Origin: Octopus sinensis | Taxonomy: Eukaryota | DNA: 12,282 nucleotides | Assembly: GCF_006345805.1 (NCBI RefSeq) | Contig: NW_021826684.1 | Coordinates: forward strand, 1 to 12,282 | Direction of reading: 5' to 3' | Shown: one piece after another, positions 9,008 through 12,282 of the stretch | Position numbering within the stretch: position 1 is the stretch's first letter | Layout of the letters: each line of letters begins with the position of its first letter | Made by a program: the position numbers and the translations under genes | Notes under the pieces: generated by a model | What the model was told of the DNA's origin: nothing | Databases searched by the model: none | Seen by the model: only the letters and a program-made list of their open reading frames with translations

Positions 9008-9143
9008 CAGTGTACATTTAAACACATAGGAGGCATACTTCATAGGATTCCTTTCACGCTAGAAGGAACAGCTAAAGTCTTGTTCCTTCTAGCATGAAAG
9101 CAATCCTATGAAGGATACTTCTTACGTGTTTAAATGTACACTG
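9008..9143. mobile_element. Palindromic Tc1/mariner-type MITE (136 bp)
   Basis: TA|CAGTGTACATTTAAACAC...GTGTTTAAATGTACACTG|TA, with 63-bp arms (7 mismatches) around a 10-nt spacer. TA|CAGT termini are typical of Tc1/mariner. Confidence 0.8.
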
Positions 9144-9235
9144 TATTTATATGAATAATATGTAGCCTATTGACTATATTATTCATATTTTCTACACACG
9201 CTAGGCCACATATTTATTACCCTGATATTATTAAT

Positions 9236-9238
<3 letters not shown>

Positions 9239-9295
<57 letters not shown>
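9239..9295. repeat. (TA)n microsatellite
   Basis: Read directly; one C interruption. Confidence 0.95.
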
Positions 9296-9296
9296 C

Positions 9297-9456
9297 CACT
9301 CTCGGAGTGGTTGGCGTTAGGAAGGGCATCCAGCTGTAGAAACACTGTCAGATCAGACTGGGCCTGGCACAGCCTCTGGCTTCCCAGACCCCAGTTGAAC
9401 CACCCAACCCATGCTAGCATAGAAAGCGGACGCTAAACGATGATGATGATGATGAT
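9297..9456 (+). mobile_element. Element B, 5'-truncated copy with (GAT)6 tail
   Basis: CACTCTCGGAGTGGTTGGCGTTAGGAAGGGCATCCAGCTGTAGAAAC...GCGGACGCTAAACGATGATGATGATGATGAT. Confidence 0.92.
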
Positions 9457-9462
9457 AATATA

Positions 9463-9665
9463 GGGAGAGTTTACGAAAAAAACAAAAGACGAAGACAGGT
9501 GGTGTACAAAATAAACAGATGTATTAGTATAATTCTCAGGAATAGAAAAAGTCTTTCACGTTTTGAGCCTACGCTCTTCTACAGAAAGGGACACAGGAAA
9601 AACAAGGAGAGAAACAAGGAGAGAAAAAAATGTGTGTAGTGGCTGACGATCTATCATGGCGACTG
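9463..9665 (-). mobile_element. Putative Penelope-like repeat related to 5616-5822 (may extend further right)
   Basis: Same order of motifs (A-rich block, GTATTA...CTCAGGAA, HHR motif, purine-rich block). Boundaries are uncertain. Confidence 0.5.
9553..9588 (-). ncRNA. Degenerate minimal hammerhead-like motif
   Basis: Minus strand: CUUU-CUGUAGA-A-GAGC-GUAG-GCUC-AAAAC-GUG-AAAG. Helices I and II are intact, but A6U, G12A and G at position 17 predict inactivity. Confidence 0.55.
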
Positions 9666-9912
9666 ACTCGGACAGAAGGGTCACACACGAGAGGGAAAGT
9701 AGGTGAGATGACAAAGTAAAGATGACCCCCAACACGAAGGTGCATGTGTGTATAAGAGAGTATGTATGTGCGTGTGAAAGAGAACTGGTGGTCTGGACAT
9801 GTGGTGTATATATGTGTAGATGAGAAGATGTGGGGATGGGTGTGTGGGTGGTGTGTTGTGATGTGATGTGTAATGTTTTATGGTGTATATATTATATATA
9901 TATATATATATA

Positions 9913-10290
9913 GGTGCAGGAGTGGCTGTGTGGTAAGTTGCTAAGCAACCACATGGTTCCGGGCTCAGTCCCACTGACCAATGCCTTGTGAGTGACCAAT
10001 GCCTTGTGAGCGGATATGGTAGACGGAAACTGAAAGAAGCCTGTCGTATATATGTATATATATATATATGTATGTATGTGTTTGTGTTTCTGTGTTTGTC
10101 CCCCTAGCATTGCTTGACAACCAATGCTGGTGTGTTTACGTCCCCGTCACTTAGCGGTTCGGCAAAAGAGACCGATAGAATAAGTACTGGGCTTACAAAG
10201 AATAAGTCCTGAGGTCGATTTGCTCGACTAAAGGCAGTGCTCCAGCATGGCCGCAGTCAAATGACTGAAACAAGTAAAAGAGTAAAAGAG
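9913..10290 (+). mobile_element. SINE-A with internal deletion plus 18-bp tandem duplication
   Basis: Head GGTGCAGGAGTGGCTGTGTGG. The CCTTGGGCAAGTG segment is absent and TGACCAATGCCTTGTGAG occurs twice (9975-10010). The 3' half and AGTAAAAG-repeat tail are intact. Confidence 0.92.
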
Positions 10291-10473
10291 ATAAGTGTAA
10301 TAGATACAATAGACAAGGTTCAAATCAAGCCAACTATGATTAACACATACATATATGGGTTTAATTTGGATAAAATAAGAACTGTCCAATCTGAAATACA
10401 TATTGATATATTAGCACTTCTGCACTATCTATGTTTTTCAAAAGTAAATTATCATTTCATATATATATATATA

Positions 10474-10880
10474 GGCGCAGGAGTGGCTGTGTGGTAAGTA
10501 GCTTGCTTACCAACCACCTGGTCTCGGGTTCAGTCCCACTGCGTTGCACCTTGGGCAAGTGTTTCTTACTATAGCCTTAGGCCAACCAAAGCCTTGTGAG
10601 TGGATTTGGTAGACGGAAACTGAAAGAAGCCCGTCGTATATATGTATATATATGTGCGTGTGTATGTTTGTGTGTCTGTGTTTGTCCCCCTAGCATTGCT
10701 TGACAACCGATTCTGGTGTGTTTATGTCCTCATCACTTAGCGGTTCAGCAAAAAGAGACCGATAGAATAAGTACTGGGATTACAAAGAATAAGTCCCGGG
10801 ATCGAGTTGCTCGATTTAAGGCGGTGCTCCAGCATGGCCGCAGTCAAATGACTGAAACAAGTAAGAGAGAATAAAAGAGT
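10474..10880 (+). mobile_element. SINE-A, full length, low apparent divergence
   Basis: GGCGCAGGAGTGGCTGTGTGGTAAGTAGCTTGCTTACCAACCACCTGGTCTCGGGTTCAGTCCCACTG... through CAGTCAAATGACTGAAACAAGTAAGAGAG. A- and B-box-like motifs are present. Confidence 0.95.
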
Positions 10881-10902
10881 AATATATACGTGCATACACG
10901 CA

Positions 10903-11023
10903 ATGGGCTTTTTCCAGTTTCTACCTACAAATTCATTCACAAGACTTTGGTTGGCCTAAGGTTATAGAAGAATACACTTGTCCAAGGTACCACACAGTGG
11001 GATTGAATCCAAGACAATATGTG
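10903..11023 (-). mobile_element. SINE-A 5'-half fragment, diverged, headless
   Basis: Plus strand GGGCTTTTTCCAGTTTCTACCTACAAATTCATTCACAAGACTTTGG...CACTTGTCCAAGGTACCACACAGTGGGATTGAATCC is the reverse complement of the SINE body. Confidence 0.8.
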
Positions 11024-11555
11024 TGTATGTGTGCAGCAGCAGCAGTAAGTATCCCATCTGAGGTGTGTGAATCTGATTCTGTGCAAGACAGGAAGTATTG
11101 GAATGCGTTGGGAGAAGGGTTATTTAGTGGAAGCAATAAATACCAAAAAAAGTGAGAAAGTAAGATAAAATGAAAATAAAATAAAATAAAATAAAAGAGA
11201 GAATTTTCCTGAAGGTCAAACCTAGACATGTTGAAAGGGAAAAAAAAAATCAAAATAAAAAAAAAATATCAAAATTCCACAAAAAAAAAAATAACAAAAA
11301 AATAACCATTTAACTGAACTGCTTTGAAAATGTTAAAAATGATGAAAAGGAAAAAAAACAGAGAGAAAGAATTTCAAATTGTAAATAAACTAATATAGGT
11401 GTTAGAATAACTATGTGGTAAAGATATCCACTTTGCAACTGTGTGTGCATACCAAGCGCTGTGAGGGTGTCATCTCCAAAACGTCATACCACAGCATTTC
11501 GAGCCAGTGCGTCCATGCTGCCAACAAAGGCATGCAGAGTTCTGTTTTTGATTTG

Positions 11556-11728
11556 ATGCTGGAGCACCGCATTTAGTCGAGCAAATCGACCCCAGGACTT
11601 ATCCTTTGTAAGCCTAGTACTTATTCTATCACTCTCTTTTGCTGAACCACTAAGTTACGGAGACGTAAGCACACCAGCATCGGTTGTCAAGCAATGTTTG
11701 GGGGACAAACACAGACACACAAACGTAT

Positions 11729-11776
<48 letters not shown>

Positions 11777-11810
11777 CATACATATCTACGACGGGCTTCT
11801 TTCAGTTCCC
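11556..11810 (-). mobile_element. Duplicated 3' half of the adjacent SINE-A
   Basis: It is nearly identical to 11817-12070 and is truncated at the same base (ATGCTGGAGCACC). Confidence 0.9.
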
Positions 11811-11816
11811 GATTCG

Positions 11817-11983
11817 ATGCTGGAGCACCACCTTTAGTTGAGCAAATCGACCCCAGGACTTATTCTTTGTAAGCCTAGTACTTATTCTATCACTCTCTTT
11901 TGCTGAACCACTAAGCTACGGAGACGTAAACATACCAGCATCGGTTGTCAAGCAATGTTGGGGGGACAAACACAGACACACAA

Positions 11984-12026
<43 letters not shown>

Positions 12027-12209
12027 CATATATACATACATATATACGACGGGCTTCTTTCAGTTCCCGTCTACCAAATCCACTCACAAGGCTTTGGTCG
12101 GCCTGAGGCTATAGTAGAAGACACTTGCCCAAGGTGCCACGCAGTGGGTATGAACCCAGAACCATGTGGTTGGTAAGCAAGCTACTTACCACACAGCCAC
12201 TCCTACGCC
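11817..12209 (-). mobile_element. SINE-A, head intact, 3' tail truncated
   Basis: Head reverse complement GGCGTAGGAGTGGCTGTGTGGTAAGTAGC starts at 12209, with body and central microsatellite present. It lacks the terminal CAGTCAAATGACTG hairpin and tail. Confidence 0.92.
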
Positions 12210-12282
12210 TATGCATGTACTGTGTGTTGCTCATACAGTTTTGTTTTTTTTACTTTCTCTGATGAGTTGTAGTGCACCTAAG

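Noticed and set aside
9642-9650. CTGACGA as a further hammerhead core (also CTGAAGA near 6519)
   Set aside because: No helix II, GAAA or matching helix I follows, so these are likely chance 7-mers.
10474-10550. tRNA genes at SINE heads
   Set aside because: A- and B-box-like motifs are present, but there is no complete cloverleaf. The heads continue into a shared SINE body.
11030-11060. Splice donor GTAAGT after (GCA)n
   Set aside because: The upstream sequence is a TG microsatellite and SINE fragment, with no plausible exon or acceptor.
11480-11530. Minus-strand GCTC-GAAAT...GTA resembling a hammerhead 3' half
   Set aside because: There is no CUGANGA core or helix I partner upstream.
12-12176. 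All ORFs in the supplied track as protein-coding genes
   Set aside because: They are translations of TA/TG microsatellites (YI/HT runs), minisatellites or SINE/element B sequence. None resembles a real protein.
12259-12265. Canonical hammerhead core CUGAUGA near the window end
   Set aside because: The window ends 17 nt later, so helix II, GAAA and the cleavage site cannot be evaluated. It is worth checking in the adjacent window.

Overview
This is AT-rich, repeat-dominated eukaryotic non-coding DNA, either intronic or intergenic. I find no intact protein-coding gene; the ORFs in the track are low-complexity or repeat-derived artefacts. The repeat families look to me like those of Octopus (coleoid cephalopod), which is recognition from memory and not a database result. 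The window holds about 10 copies or fragments of a tRNA-headed SINE (SINE-A) and 4 copies of a (GAT)n-tailed retroposon 3' region resembling RTE-type LINE tails (element B). It also holds a decayed mariner 5' end with a transposase pseudogene, a mariner internal-deletion derivative, a palindromic Tc1/mariner-type MITE, a 360-bp inverted-repeat element, and several micro- and minisatellites. The most interesting signal is four hammerhead-ribozyme (HHR)-like motifs in four short repeats sitting beside TA tracts. Two are minimal type-I motifs with the palindromic ACGU helix III typical of Penelope-like-element HHRs that cleave as dimers (5719-5753, 9553-9588). Two have 57- and 82-nt helix-II domains and share a terminal CTTATTTTG motif (656-743, 8502-8603). 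Most copies carry core or helix defects, so activity is untested inference.
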